Source: Mytilus californianus (taxonomy: Eukaryota). From it: a DNA stretch of 64,000 bases. The notes beneath the pieces are model-generated. The model was not told the origin of the DNA. It did no database searches and saw nothing but the letters and a program-made list of their open reading frames with translations. Shown one piece after another: positions 12,238 through 25,100 of this stretch. Position 1 is the first letter of the stretch; each line of letters opens with the position of its first letter. The translations under genes were made by a program, and so were the position numbers. The stretch spans positions 3,286,001 through 3,350,000 of the forward strand of contig NW_026262701.1 in NCBI RefSeq assembly GCF_021869535.1. Direction: 5' to 3'.

Positions 12238-12985
12238 AAAAAAGAAGATGTGGTATGATTGCCAATGAGACAACTCTCCACAAGAGACCAAATGACACAG
12301 AAATTAACAACTACAGGTCTCAGTACGGCCTTCAACAATGAGCAAAGCCCATACCGCATAGTCAACTATAAAAGGCCCCAAAATGACAAATGTAAAACAA
12401 TTCAAACGAGAAAACTAACGACCTAATTTATGTACAAAAAAATTAACAAAAAACAAATATGTAACACATCAACAAACGACAACCACTGAATTACAGGCTC
12501 CTGACTTGGAACAGGCACATACATACAGAATGTGGCGGGGTTAAACATGTTAGCGGGATCCCAACCCTCCCCTAACCTGGGACAGTGGTGTAACAGTACA
12601 ACATAAGAACGAACTATAAAAATCAGTTGAAAAAGGCTTAACTCATCAGATGGATACAAATAGAAATACATATAACAAAAACACAGAGAGGACGTGGCCG
12701 GGTACTTGTATATCCCAACAACAAAAAGACACTAAGTACAGATCTGAGAGTACTCGCAGTTACCGACAGCTAGTTCAAAGCCACTAACAACATATAAAAA
12801 ATCATGCATCTAAGATTAAATTATCAATCAGTACACATCCAAAATCCAATGGATTTAGTGTAAAGACGTCATAAACAGTCAGAGAAAAACATGACCTTGT
12901 GCAATGCCTTGATACAGGTATCGACAGATTGTAGATCCATGAATGTGTTTATGTATATAACAATAATATTTAGTTTACTTTTAAT
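12238..12985 (+). mobile_element. High-copy non-autonomous interspersed repeat (head GATGTGGTATGATTGCCAATGAGACAACTCTCCA), near full-length copy; class not determined
   Basis: Related segments at about 330-520 (rev), 1215-1575 (rev), 5130-5510, 15290-15900, 17530-17575 (rev), 17965, 18118, 23565-23860, 40145-40270 (rev), 45105 and 60590-60930. Confidence 0.8.
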
Positions 12986-13664
12986 TTACTGATAACAAAA
13001 TCAACCCCGTCCACACCCTTGTGCTAAATGACAAACATTTAACAAATTTTTCCTTTTCAATCTACCATCATGTCCACCCTGACCTTCATTCCCTTACGTA
13101 TATACGTCAATTATCACAATTCATTTCTTACGAATAATGAAGATAATTATGTCGCTTGTGTGTTTCTATATTAAAGTACACAAATGTGTTATAATCATCA
13201 CAACAAACAGGACATTTTGTTCTAAGTAATGGTGAAAAATTTTAGCTATTCAAAATTTGAGAATAATAGAGGGTTTTTGTATGAATATATCGGTATATTT
13301 ATTCAGCAGTTTGTCATATTGCACGAGCTTGCGAGAACAATATATTGCACTTATATTTAAAAAAAATGTACATGGACAATTTGATACTATTTCAAAATAC
13401 TTATTATTTTGAGCCTATTCAACCATTTACCTAAAAAAAAATGTACATGGACTATTTATTACTATTTCAAAATACTTATTATTTAAAAAGTACATGGACT
13501 ATTTATTACTATATCAAACTACCTATTATTTTGAGTCGATTTAACCATTTTGATAAAACGACTCATGCGTATACTTAACACATCTACAGCTTGTACGCAG
13601 AAGTAACAGTTAAGGTTATTTAAAGCAATTCAAAATAAGATAATTCGTTGCTTTATATTGCAGC

Positions 13665-16600
13665 ATGTCTATAAACAAGACAAATACAGCAGATCCATTG
13701 ATCACACAAGAGGCACCAGACCAACCATCTCAAAGAAACCCTACATACCCAGTGAGGACATTCAAGGTGTTTGGAGGTATACAGATTGGGTTAGGCGTAA
13801 TATTAGGGATCATATGCCTGATAGCGGTCATCACTGATGCCATGGGCATTCAAAATTTCCATGACTGTCTCCTGCATAATGAACAGTTAATTAATGATAG
13901 TATTATGTACTGGAGCTGGCGGAGGTACTATAAAAGTGAGGAGTTATTCTCATTTGACATAGTGTGTTTAATATGTTGTGGATGGGTAAGTGTATATATA
14001 TATATATATAGTTTATAGGCTAATATAGGTATTAATTTCAATTTTTGATAACATAGTAACTCAATTCAATAGAAGCTTAAATAAAGGCAACATAATTATA
14101 CCGCTGTTCATAAGTCATAAACCGATTGAGTGAAAACAAATCCGGGTTACAAACTAAAACCGAGGGAAACACATCAATTATAAGAGGAAAACAACGAAAC
14201 AACAGAAACACTGAAGTGCAACAGCAACAAATGACAATGCGACATACATAAAAACGAACTATTAGATAACAACTGCCATATTCCTGACTTGTTACAGGAC
14301 ATTTTAAGAAAAAATTGTGGATTGAACCTGGTTTTGTGGCTAGCCAAACCTCGCGCTTTATGGCAATGTCAAACATACCGCTAAAATGACAACATAACAT
14401 GGCACTGTTTAACAATGTATTGATTGATTATTGCATGCTTAATCTCTAACGGCAAATATTGGATGCATATTTGGTCATTGAACACATAAACAAATACCAA
14501 AAAGTATGGTTAGCAAATAGATCGACCATTATTAAGGAACTAAGAAGTGATGGTAAAGTGATGAGGGGCAGACATTTTGCCTGTTGTTAGAATTCTTTAA
14601 CTTGCAGAAAGAATGGCACACTCTCTACAAAGAGCATAAGATTTGAAGTTCCCATATTATCCCGGACATACTTGCGTATCTATTCATCAAGTACGATTAA
14701 ACATCCACCCCACTGTAGCAATGGTTATTTTACTGCTTGACAGAAGACATCTATAGTTGACCATATGTTATGCTAAGGTCAATCCGTTTTGAGTGTCAAA
14801 ATGGATATAGATGATAGAATTTGTTCCAAACCTTCAACAAATTTGATAAGAAATATCGGGCTTTAACTAGAACGTACTATTCCACCAGTAGGAATTCAAT
14901 AACATGTGGGTTTAACAACTAGATTTTTACGGTAATGTTACTTACAAAGTTAACAAGTTAAAAAATGACCTTTCCCATTTGAAAGAAAAGTCGTGTTGAC
15001 AAAGGCGATTATTTTACTGTTAGTATTTCAATGAATTGCCATCAATTTTCAATTTTAGCAGTTTGAGAAAAAAAAACTGAAATATTACTTTTTTATAAAT
15101 TGAATTTCTGTACATGTTTGCGCATTGTACAGAAAATAGAAACGTGTTTGATAATTCGGTTTATAACATTGCTGTAGAAAAGTTTCCCTAAAAAAAAACC
15201 CAGCCAGTAAAGAAGTATGGATTTGTTTTCAGTAACTTTGAAATACTATATTTTATTATTTTTTTCGGCTATACAAGACCCTGACATGAAAAATATAAAA
15301 CAATTCGATTGCGAAAACTAACGGCCTAATATTTAACAAAACAATTTACGAAAAATAAATATGACTGACATGAACCAATGACAATCATTTAACTACAGGC
15401 CCCTTACATGAGTCAGGCGCATAGAGAATGTGGCGAGGTTACATGTTTGAGAACATTTAACCCTCCCCTAACCTGGGACAGTGGTATAACCTCAAAACAC
15501 GAGAACAAACTATAACAATCAGTTGAAAAAGGCTAAAGTCATCAGATCGATATAAAGCAGAAAAACATCAAACAAATACACAGACCGGACGTGCCAGGTA
15601 TTTATACATCCCTCATCCCTACCAAAAAAAACAAAAAAAAAAGACACTTAGTACAGATCTGAAAGTACTCGTAGTTACTGACAGCTAGAACTAAGGCAAT
15701 AACAACTAAAAAACATGTATCTAAGACTAAAATATGAATCAGTACACATCCAACATCCAATGGATTAGGGAAATACGTAATTAACAGTCAGAGAAAAACA
15801 TGACATTGTACAATACCAAATTATAGGTATCGACAGATTGTAGTCACGTGCATATGTATGAATAATAATGATTTTTAGTACGGTTTTAATCTAATGTTAA
15901 CAAAATCAATATCTATACCCCAAAACAAATGTTCAAAGATTAAATAACTTTAGAATAATAAGTTTATTTAGATTATTAAAAAGTTTACCCGGATCGTATC
16001 TAAATCTTATAAACATCACTGTAAAATTTATGATGTTTTATTCCGCTAGAAATAAGTTTGTTACAGGTACAGCAAAAGTTGCAAACCAAATCTTGGTATC
16101 AATGGAAGAATTATTTAAAGGTTTTAAGTAGTTTATGGTAACGAAATCCCTGACTTACTAATTTACAAGTAATACATAGATTACGCTCATTGAAATCCAA
16201 AACGTTGCTACAGACTCGGGCAAAGCGAACAAGTTGGGATATATAAACACCGTTATACGGTACCAAAGGAACACCACCTTCCAAAAAGGAAAAATTAACA
16301 ATAGTAAAAGTAAATATCATCCCTTTTTCAAGTTAATCGACTCTATGTATAAACTGCAACACAATCAGTATGCTATTTTTTTACGGCATGTTATTCCCAA
16401 TAAATGACACTTTCGGTAGTTCTCTGTATAAACCTTAAAAAATAGAAGAAAAAAAACCAACCATGAATGGCATCAATAGTTAAAGAGAGACAGGCCGAAA
16501 AAAAAAGACGAAAATACATATAACGATCTAACGAAGACTACCCGGAAAAAGAGCAACACAAAACCTATTCAAATCGGGATAGTGGGTTTGGCAATGAATA

Positions 16601-19600
16601 AACTATAATACAGTAAATTGTAGCAGTGATCGGGGCATTTTGAATGGTTGGACGCACAATTAAGTTGTTTTGTTAAAGGTGTTTGTACAATGAACCTCTA
16701 ATTATGACATACTCTAAACTTTCAGTTTGTTCTGACTGGTTTCCTGCCAATGTGTATGTCAAGAAAAAGACAATCAAGTTGGAGAAGTTTGGTGAGTGAT
16801 GAAACGAGATGTTCTTTTTCCACTTAATTTTGGTTCATTTGTATGTTTCGGAGTTTGTTGCCTTGGACTGTTTTTGCTCTTTGGTCGTGTTGTTGTCTTC
16901 TTGACACATTCGCCATTTCCATATTGTATTCCTGATGTTTTGTGAAGAAAAAGTTAATAATAAAATTGAGAATGGAAATGGGAATATGTCAAAGAGACAA
17001 AAACCCGACAAAAGAGCAGATAACAACAGAAGGCCACCAATGGGTCTTCAACGCAATGAGAAAATCCCGCACCAGGAGCGTTATTAAGGATAATGAGAAG
17101 GAATAAACTTAAAATTTGACATAAACACATCTTTTATACTCTTTATATAGTATGTTTTTTTTTTTTTTTTGTTTTTTTTTTAGAAAATTGGGTTTATGGT
17201 GTGCAGTATTATTGGCGCATCAATTTTTAGTACGACGAGTATCATTCTAGGAATAAACGGAGTACTATTTGTAAGAACATGTATTTTATTCAATATTTTT
17301 CAAGTATTAAATTATTTTGATTCATGTTAAGAAATGAGAATGTGTTCATATTCAAAAAAACAAAAAACTTTACAACTGAAATGATGTATGAAAAGGGGGG
17401 TATGGTTAAAAATAAAGAGAGAAAAGAAATAAAGTGCAATAAAAAATCATAACAATTACAACAGATAACACAATGACCAAGAAAAAAACGACAAACAACT
17501 AAAATTGTTTACTTTTTACATATTGTGACTTGGATGGAGAGTTGTCTCATTGGCACTCATATCACATCTTATATCTATTTTGTAAAATTTTCGAGATCAA
17601 TTAAAAAGGAATGCATGTTGAATTTACTTTTGTTTGTTGACATTCAATAATATATGCAAGAGATATTATTAACGATTTATGTGTTCACAGTAAGCGTTGC
17701 TTATTCTAAATCTGTATTTTTACTGTTTGTTTCGTCATGCCATTGTTTTGTTTCAGAGATTGTTCTATGGAGCCAACCCTATTCTATCAGCATTCATTGT
17801 ATTAATAGCATTAGTTGAAGCTATAGTGGCGACCGTTGCTGCTTCATTTTGTTGCTGCTGTTCACCCTGGGAAATACCAAGTGAAGGGGTATGGATTTAT
17901 ATATGTCGTTTTAAAAAAGAATTTGTTGTATTGGCAGATTATCAAAAAAAAAAAAAAGGAGATGTGGCATGATTGCCAATGAGTTAACTATCCACTAAAG
18001 TTCAAAATAAAGTGGATGTAACCACTTAATAGTTAATCGCACGGCCTTTAAAAATGAGATAAACCCATACCGTATAGTCGGCTATAAAGCCTATATATAT
18101 ATATTAAATAGATATAGGAAGATGTGGTATGAGTGCCAATGAGACAACTCTCCATCCAAGTTACAATTTATAAAAGTGAACCATAAAGCCTATATATATT
18201 TGTAGACTTTAATTCTAACAGGATGTTCTTTTTGGCTTTGATAATTGAAAACAAAGCCATGTTCTAATTGCATAGAACATAGGCTGCACGTGATTGACGT
18301 TACTATTGACATTTGTGTTGGTGTTGCTCGCTGGGAAATTAAATAAAATAATTTTAAAAGTGAGTGTTCATGTATACATTTTTGGTTATCGTGAAACGGT
18401 TGATTTTTATATATCGTTTTGCTTTCATCAAATCACAATGGTTGCCTTTCGAACGTGTACTATATGTACGCTTCGAAGAACAAAAGTTCTAAATGTTTCT
18501 ATATAAGAATCGAAATAATTCTTTCATGCCATGTTCTCTTTGCTCGTTTGAACATGGGTAGGCATTACATTTGTCAACGCTCACGCTAGCTCGGTATAAA
18601 GATATTGACAAATATAATGCAAAACATGTTAAAATGAGCTAAGAGCCTGCCATGAAAGAATTGTTTCTTAAATCGTGAACACTTGTTTTTTTTTAAGTGC
18701 GCCTTTCTTTCATCAAATCAATGGATCCCTTTTGAACTTGTACTATAGGTCAGTTTAAATGAAAAAAAAAAGTTATAAATTTATATTATATTACAGAGCC
18801 GAAAAATCATTTCATGCCTTGTTCTATGTTTATTTTAACAAGGAGAGGCATTATAGATGTCACTTTTTCAATATTGACAAACATTATCATTAATACCCAT
18901 TCATCCAAATAAAGATTAATCATGCAAAAACAATTATTCAATGTTCTTTTGTGTATTAATTATCTTTATATTAAATTTTCTTTAATATTATTACGTATTT
19001 CCCTTTACTTTAAATATTTGTTTTTGTTTTTATTCGTTTGGTTTTACAATAACTGTCTTTTATAAAAGCTCATATATAATCATACATATAAGACATGTTT
19101 CGAAAAACAAGATATGCATATATAAATCAACAATACAATACAGGCAAAAACCACCAATAATTTACAGGACTATCCAATAGAAAACGAAATCCAAACTTTA
19201 CACAGAATGCATCTAACCTAAACCCTACACAGACACACGCTACTGACCATCGGCACATGAGAGCGACATAATGCCAGTGGTGTAGTACGACCTGTCCTGG
19301 GTTCAATATATATTTCTTTACAGGTTAGGTAGATATAGCGTATTGAGATATAAAAAAATTAATCAGGGTACCAAACAAAAACCGGGGGGGGGGGAGTCTC
19401 AAAAGGAGATAGACCAGGTCTACAGGATAAGCATCTTCTACTATGCCCGCCTCTCTTGTCATGAGATTTCCATTTACTTAAATTTTCACAATCAGAAATA
19501 GGCACAATCAGTAACATTAAAGATCAAATATTTCAAAGTTCATGTTTTATGCTCATTTCTGGTAGTAAAGTGTCTTCATGCAATCAACTAAAGACCTAAT

Positions 19601-19880
19601 GTATGTATATATTTAACAGCAAGCAGTTGTGTTTGTGAATGGAACACAGCCTGGAATGATCACGAATGCGCCACAGACCCAGGTTCCAATGGATAGTCCA
19701 ATTCAGATAACTACTGGACAAACAATAGTTCAATATCCGAGTGCACAACAGTGCCAAATAGTAAACAAAAACGAACTATCTTTGGAACAGATCTCAACTA
19801 GTGGCAGACATCAAACTAGCACTGTAAGTTCGTCAGAACAACAAGTTTTTGACACCTCTCCGCCAGCTTATAAAGAGTAG
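13665..19880 (+). CDS. MS4A/CD20-like membrane-spanning 4-domain protein, 288 aa (5 coding exons)
   Basis: Exons 13665-13985, 16726-16791, 17184-17270, 17757-17888 and 19620-19880, all phase 0 with GT-AG sites. Four hydrophobic segments (FGGIQIGLGVILGIICLIAVI; CCGWFVLTGFLP; IGFMVCSIIGASIF; ILSAFIVLIALVEAIVATVAASF), a CCCC cluster after TM4 and a C-terminal PPAY. The acceptor ttgcag|C-ATG implies an upstream non-coding exon (candidate donor at 11080/11081). Confidence 0.85.
14077..14410. mobile_element. Interspersed repeat family (TAAAGGCAACAGTAGTATACCGCTG...GACTTGGTACAGGACATTTTAAG)
   Basis: Near-identical copies at 53028-53305 and 58856-59127. Confidence 0.8.
14560..14925 (-). mobile_element. 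Possible highly decayed Penelope-like RT remnant
   Basis: The minus-strand translation, with stops, gives IPTGG..SPIF..FVEGLEQIL...IWSTIDVF...ESVPFFLQV, loosely resembling PLE RT motifs (GxxMGSPxSP, WxRYVDD, LPFLDV). Confidence 0.3.
15960..16345 (-). mobile_element. Naiad/Penelope-like RT C-terminal fragment
   Basis: ORF 16111-16320 contains FTIVNFSFLEGGVPLVPYNGVYISQLVRFARVC, homologous to [33 protein letters not shown] in the 25.4-kb element. Confidence 0.8.
18400..18900. repeat. Fold-back element in a ~290-bp degenerate tandem unit
   Basis: Arms AATAATTCTTTCATG (18514-18528) and CATGAAAGAATTGTT (18651-18665), with nested inner pairs (aacatg/catgtt, gcatta.atttgtcaa/ttgacaaat.taatgc). The unit repeats partially to about 18900. 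Confidence 0.7.
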
Positions 19881-21456
19881 ATTACCGTCTGACAAGAATG
19901 ATGTGATTCATTAAGCAAATTATACTTGAATCTGTTTGAACTTTTTTATATCTTTTTATGTTTACATTAATTAACATTTTTAACTGTACAGAATGAAGAT
20001 ACCTGAATCTAATTATTTTTACTTCTTCTATTGAATGCAAATGTGCTTATTCAATATTTAAGCTGCTTTATATAACTGTATTATGCATTTTATTTGTTTG
20101 TATTTTTTTTCCTTTCTATTTGTATTAATAGTTTTTGAAAGCCTCAGGGAAGATTAACATGTCATTGTTAAATACATTACCTGCGTTAAATAAAGAATTT
20201 TATTAGTATTATTATAGGTTGTACTGTGTTTATGAGTCAATGAATCTGATTCAGTAAAGAATATACATGTACATTCAAATTGACATGTTGTTAGTGTATT
20301 GGAAGAAACTGAAAACAAAACATCTTGTCAATTTTCATTATGGCTTTTTATTATTGTTTAGTCTTTCAATAGTTTATGGCCGAAGTTGAAAGAAAAAGTA
20401 TGATTTTAGTTTTAAAGATGCTCAAACATGTGTATTAAGGAATCTTAACTGCTATTATATAAGAAATACAGTTTTATAATATGTACAAACTATATCGATA
20501 TTTTATTGATACCTCTACAATTGTAATTTTTGAAAATGATAGGGCGCATTAGGCGCTTTATACTCATCATTCTTTAAGCTATTGATTTATATTGTTTTAA
20601 AGGAAATTCACAACGAGCTTCAATTGAATTGTTTCAAAAGGACGTTATTAATTTTGATCAAAATTGTTTGTCTTTTTTCCTTTTTCCAAATAAATAAAGG
20701 ATTCAAAATTTCATTTATCTATAAACATTAAGTCACATGTTTGGAAATACAACATGATGGAATTATTAACTTTTTGTACACCCTTGAAGCTGCAAAATGA
20801 CAATTTTAAAAAAAGATATCAAGATTGTTTAGTATGATAGTCATAGGGTGAAATAAATTCAGGGGACATTCTTTTTACCTTTTTATACATTATTTCTTCG
20901 CGAAAAAATCAAATTATAGATTTAGTGATATCAATATGTCAAAGAGAGAACTTCTTAATATTTTATGTCATTGTATTCTTTTCATACTATGTTATTGTAT
21001 ATGTTGTATTTGAAAAATAAATTGTTTATGCATTCATTAAAACTTATGGTAGAACTAAGGTTTTAGCAACAAAGAAAAAAAATAAATTAAAAAAACCCAA
21101 CAATATTTCGCCATACTGAGCAAAAAGTGTAGTTATAAATTGTTATCTTAAAACATGATGAAAAGGACAGGTCATCACACTTTCTTTCTAGCTATTGAAT
21201 GTGAAATTATATATTGACAAATCTTGAAGGATTTGGTATGGAAAATGCATTATTATGCGATCAGGCAGGGAGAAACGTAAATGATAGAATGTTGAAATAA
21301 ACATTAAAAGATGGCATTTGAATCCTTTCGAAAAAAAGAAGATAGCATCAGCTAGCTTGATTTCTTGAGACAAAAGAAAACGGAAATTTTGTTTGTACAT
21401 TATTTTATAAAACTGAACTATCACAGTTAACTCCCTTTATAAGACAAATTTGTAAA

Positions 21457-21663
21457 ATGTTTAATCAATCAACATTTTGTCAGTATTTCCATCTTTTGAC
21501 GTTTACATATCGTATTTTACGTTACGCCTGTGCATGTTTACACTACTCAGACTTAAGTCACATGGGTTTCCTCCTTATACATAAACTGCTCCAACAGAAA
21601 TGGGAGGAAGAACGACTAAAATCGACACTACATATGTTTTACTTGTCTATCATTGAAAAGTGA
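21457..21663 (+). mobile_element. Decayed Naiad/Penelope-like RT C-terminal fragment
   Basis: ILRYACACLHYSDLSHMGFLLIHKLLQQKWEEERLKSTLHMFY aligns with [43 protein letters not shown]. Confidence 0.65.
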
Positions 21664-22106
21664 GAAAATAATAAATAAATAAATAAATATATATATAAAT
21701 CTAAAAAAAGAAAAATACAAAACACACGGAAATTTCTATTTTTGGCAACTTAATATATTCACAACTGAAATATGTCTTAAATTCAGAATTTAACACACTT
21801 GTCAAGTATGTTTCTTTATGTAAAAATTATTACAAGCACCAGAAGTTATTAAAAAATACATGTGGTTATAATCACAAACTAGAAAAAAAATATAACAATG
21901 TTATACATTGTATAATGTATAAATGTTGGAGAACACGAATGAAAGTTTTTTTCCTTTGATGTAATAGTTGTCTTCACTTTTCTTTTGGAGTGTTTCTGAA
22001 GTACATCTACTCAGTCCAATGCTTTACTTCAGGATCATTATATTATAACACTGAAAAAATTTGCGTAAGAACTATATATTTTATCTTTGACCAACAAAGC
22101 TATATG

Positions 22107-22151
22107 AACTTGACAATATGACCACCATACGTGATTTGACTGTCAACTAGC
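22107..22151 (+). promoter_or_regulatory. Conserved non-coding block upstream of the SLC17 start codon (promoter or 5'-UTR element)
   Basis: 40 of 45 nt are identical to 44218-44262 upstream of the paralogue. Contains TACGTG and TGACTGTCA. Confidence 0.55.
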
Positions 22152-22196
22152 CACTTACGCAATCTAAACAAATTTAAAGTAACAAAAGTAGGTAAT

Positions 22197-25100
22197 ATGG
22201 AACCAAGCAAGGACGATGGATCGCACAATGTGTGTAAAAACTCTGAAAGTTTTAAAGGTAAGCACGTCTCTATTAACACCATAATAGTTAATCAAAAGCC
22301 TGAAATATTGTATCAATTTAGATATATTCTTCATGTGTAGACGCTTCTGTGAAGTCAAGATCTCAAACACACATAACTGTTTAATTCCTAAATTTAACTT
22401 TATCTGCTGATACAATAACTGATCCAACACAGTTATGATGAATAATGTTTAAAGTCAACATTACTTTTTTGATTTCATGCGATTCCCTTCGTTTTGTTTT
22501 TAACCTTTATCAATTCAAACCATGATTTATGACGTACACTACTGTTTCCTCTAATATAAGTCAAGTATTCAGAGCATTACTTGTATGATCTTGTATGTTT
22601 CATTGAACTGTCTGTTGAATAAATATGTCACGTTTCGGGTTTTTCTAATTATTTATATCTACCTTTGAATTTTTTCCTGTTCACAATAACATACATGTAG
22701 TTTATTTATCTCCATTTACACATGATATTCAGAAAAAGTTCCAACCTTCCTGTCGCAAAGATGGATATTGGCATATCTCTTTTTAACGGGATACTTCAAT
22801 GTATATGCGTTGAGAGTAAACATCAGTGTTGCACTTGTTTGTATGGTGAGGACATCGATTGATAATTCAACATTAATGAATTCATCACAGAGCAATTTTA
22901 CGACTGATGAAACATGTGGTGTACTAGATGTCACGAGCCCTAAAGCTCAAGAGGTATTTTAGTCATTCTTCCATTAAAACCTCGATTCATCTGAGTAAGT
23001 TGTTTCAAAGGACAATCAATTTGCATGAAAATGTCCTTGATAGTTTAAAGCTCTACAACATTTTTGGTCCATATACATCCTTGTCTTTCAAATATTCGGC
23101 TTTGAGCGTTCCTGATGGTAAATCCAGAAAAGCGCTTCGGACGCATGCCATTTAAAACGTGTTGTTTTCATTTTTCTTTTACAGCAAAGCAAAGCAATTT
23201 AATTCATTTTAGGTTAAAAAAAAACAACACTCTATGGTATTGAAAACACCAGACGAAACAATGAATAGTACTGAAATCAACACAAAAGGCATTTGAGCTG
23301 CTTATATTGACCTTTTACACTCTAACATCGATCACACGGTGAAATTGTTATTGAACGAGGTCCAGCAAAGTGTTGAACTAAGTTTTCTGCTGCAGTTAGT
23401 TTGATAGGACTACTTGTGATAGATCAATGACATTTTTTTTAAAGTTGCATTACTATCAGTACATATCAGATTGACGACCACTTTGAGGCCCTGTCCTCTA
23501 GGTGATTTTGAATTAATCGGTAATTTTCAATGTGAAGTTTTCTGCCTAGTATAAAAATAAGAGGAGATGTGGTATGATTGCCAACAACTATCCACCTAAG
23601 TTCGAATGAATTGGATGTCAGGGATTATATGCAATCGTGCAGAATTCAACAATGAGAAATTCCATACCATATAGTCGGCTATGAAAGGAATATATGAAAC
23701 CAGTCATTTGGAAAAACTAACGACATAATTTATAACAAAGCAATTTATGAAAAACAAATATGACAGACTCCTGACTTGGGACAGGCACAAATATATGTGG
23801 CAGGATTAAACTAGTTAGATTGCGCCAAACCCTCCCTCCAACCTTGGACAATGGTGCAACAGCACAACACAAGTACACACTATATAAAACATTAAACGAA
23901 AAGCAAAAAAAGATAAGACAGCAACAAAAAACAACAAAAGAAAAGAACATATTGTATACCCAAGGCAACTGTTGTTGGTAACCATAAAACAAAGTAAATT
24001 TGTTGATACAATATCTATGCTTTAAGATGCAACCATATCAACATTCACATATAATTTATTGAAGCGAGGAGAATTTGATTGGGATAAGAACACAAGATCT
24101 GCAATATTATCTTCATTTTTTTACGGCTACGTTTTTACACAAATACCTGGAGGATGGTTGGCTGATAGATTTGGTGGGAAACGTATTTATGGCACCGCTA
24201 TGGCAATATCTGGAGTGGCAACACTTTTGATGCCAGTGTTTGCAAGAACCTCTGTTATACTTGTATACGTACTTCGTGTTGTTGTGGGAGTAGCTACGGT
24301 ATGTGTTTCATTCAAACATTTATAAGATATATTCATTGATTTTTCAAATTGATGATGAATCTATTGAATCTTAGTAAATAAAAGTAGTTTTGCTATTCCA
24401 TTTTAAACTGCCTTTTATCATATTTTGGAGGAAATTGGTTGATTTGTTCTCTCTTTGTTTTTATTTCCCTTTCTCACCCTTTATGTAGAACATTTTCTAT
24501 AGCCTCATGAAGATCGTTACTCGAAAAGGTTCTAAAAAGGAGTACCTCTGTTCATCTCCGGTTTTTGGTGGGGCTCTTGTTGCTCAGTTTTCAGTTTCCT
24601 GTTGTGTTTTGTATTCAGTTGTTTGGTGTTTTTTTTTTTTATTGTTTTTCGTTTTCGAATTATGATTGTAGATATACAGTTTGCTATCTTTCGCCTCTCT
24701 TTTAGTCCCGTCTGGTATAAGAAACTCGGCAGTCAGTGCTTCGTTAATTAAATGTGTCTAAGCAATCTGTTTTCTTGAAGTATCTGTTGATGAATGAAGA
24801 ACTTATTAAGAAACACATGATAAACTTAAATTCCAACTACTTTAAGGAACGTTGATCATAGATGAATTTGGAATTTTTTTTTTGGTCACTTTTGGTCCTA
24901 TCGCGCTTGACATGTTTAGAATTGAGTAGCACGAAATGATAATTATCTTTATATTTAATTACGTTTAATTAGCATGGCGGACGGTGCATGCATAACATGA
25001 GATACTTAACCTGTCGATGAACCCGGTCTCGCTCCTTTTGGGGTGCATGCGATTATCTCTCTTTTTTCTTTTTTTTCACCTTGATTTGTATTTCCCTTAT

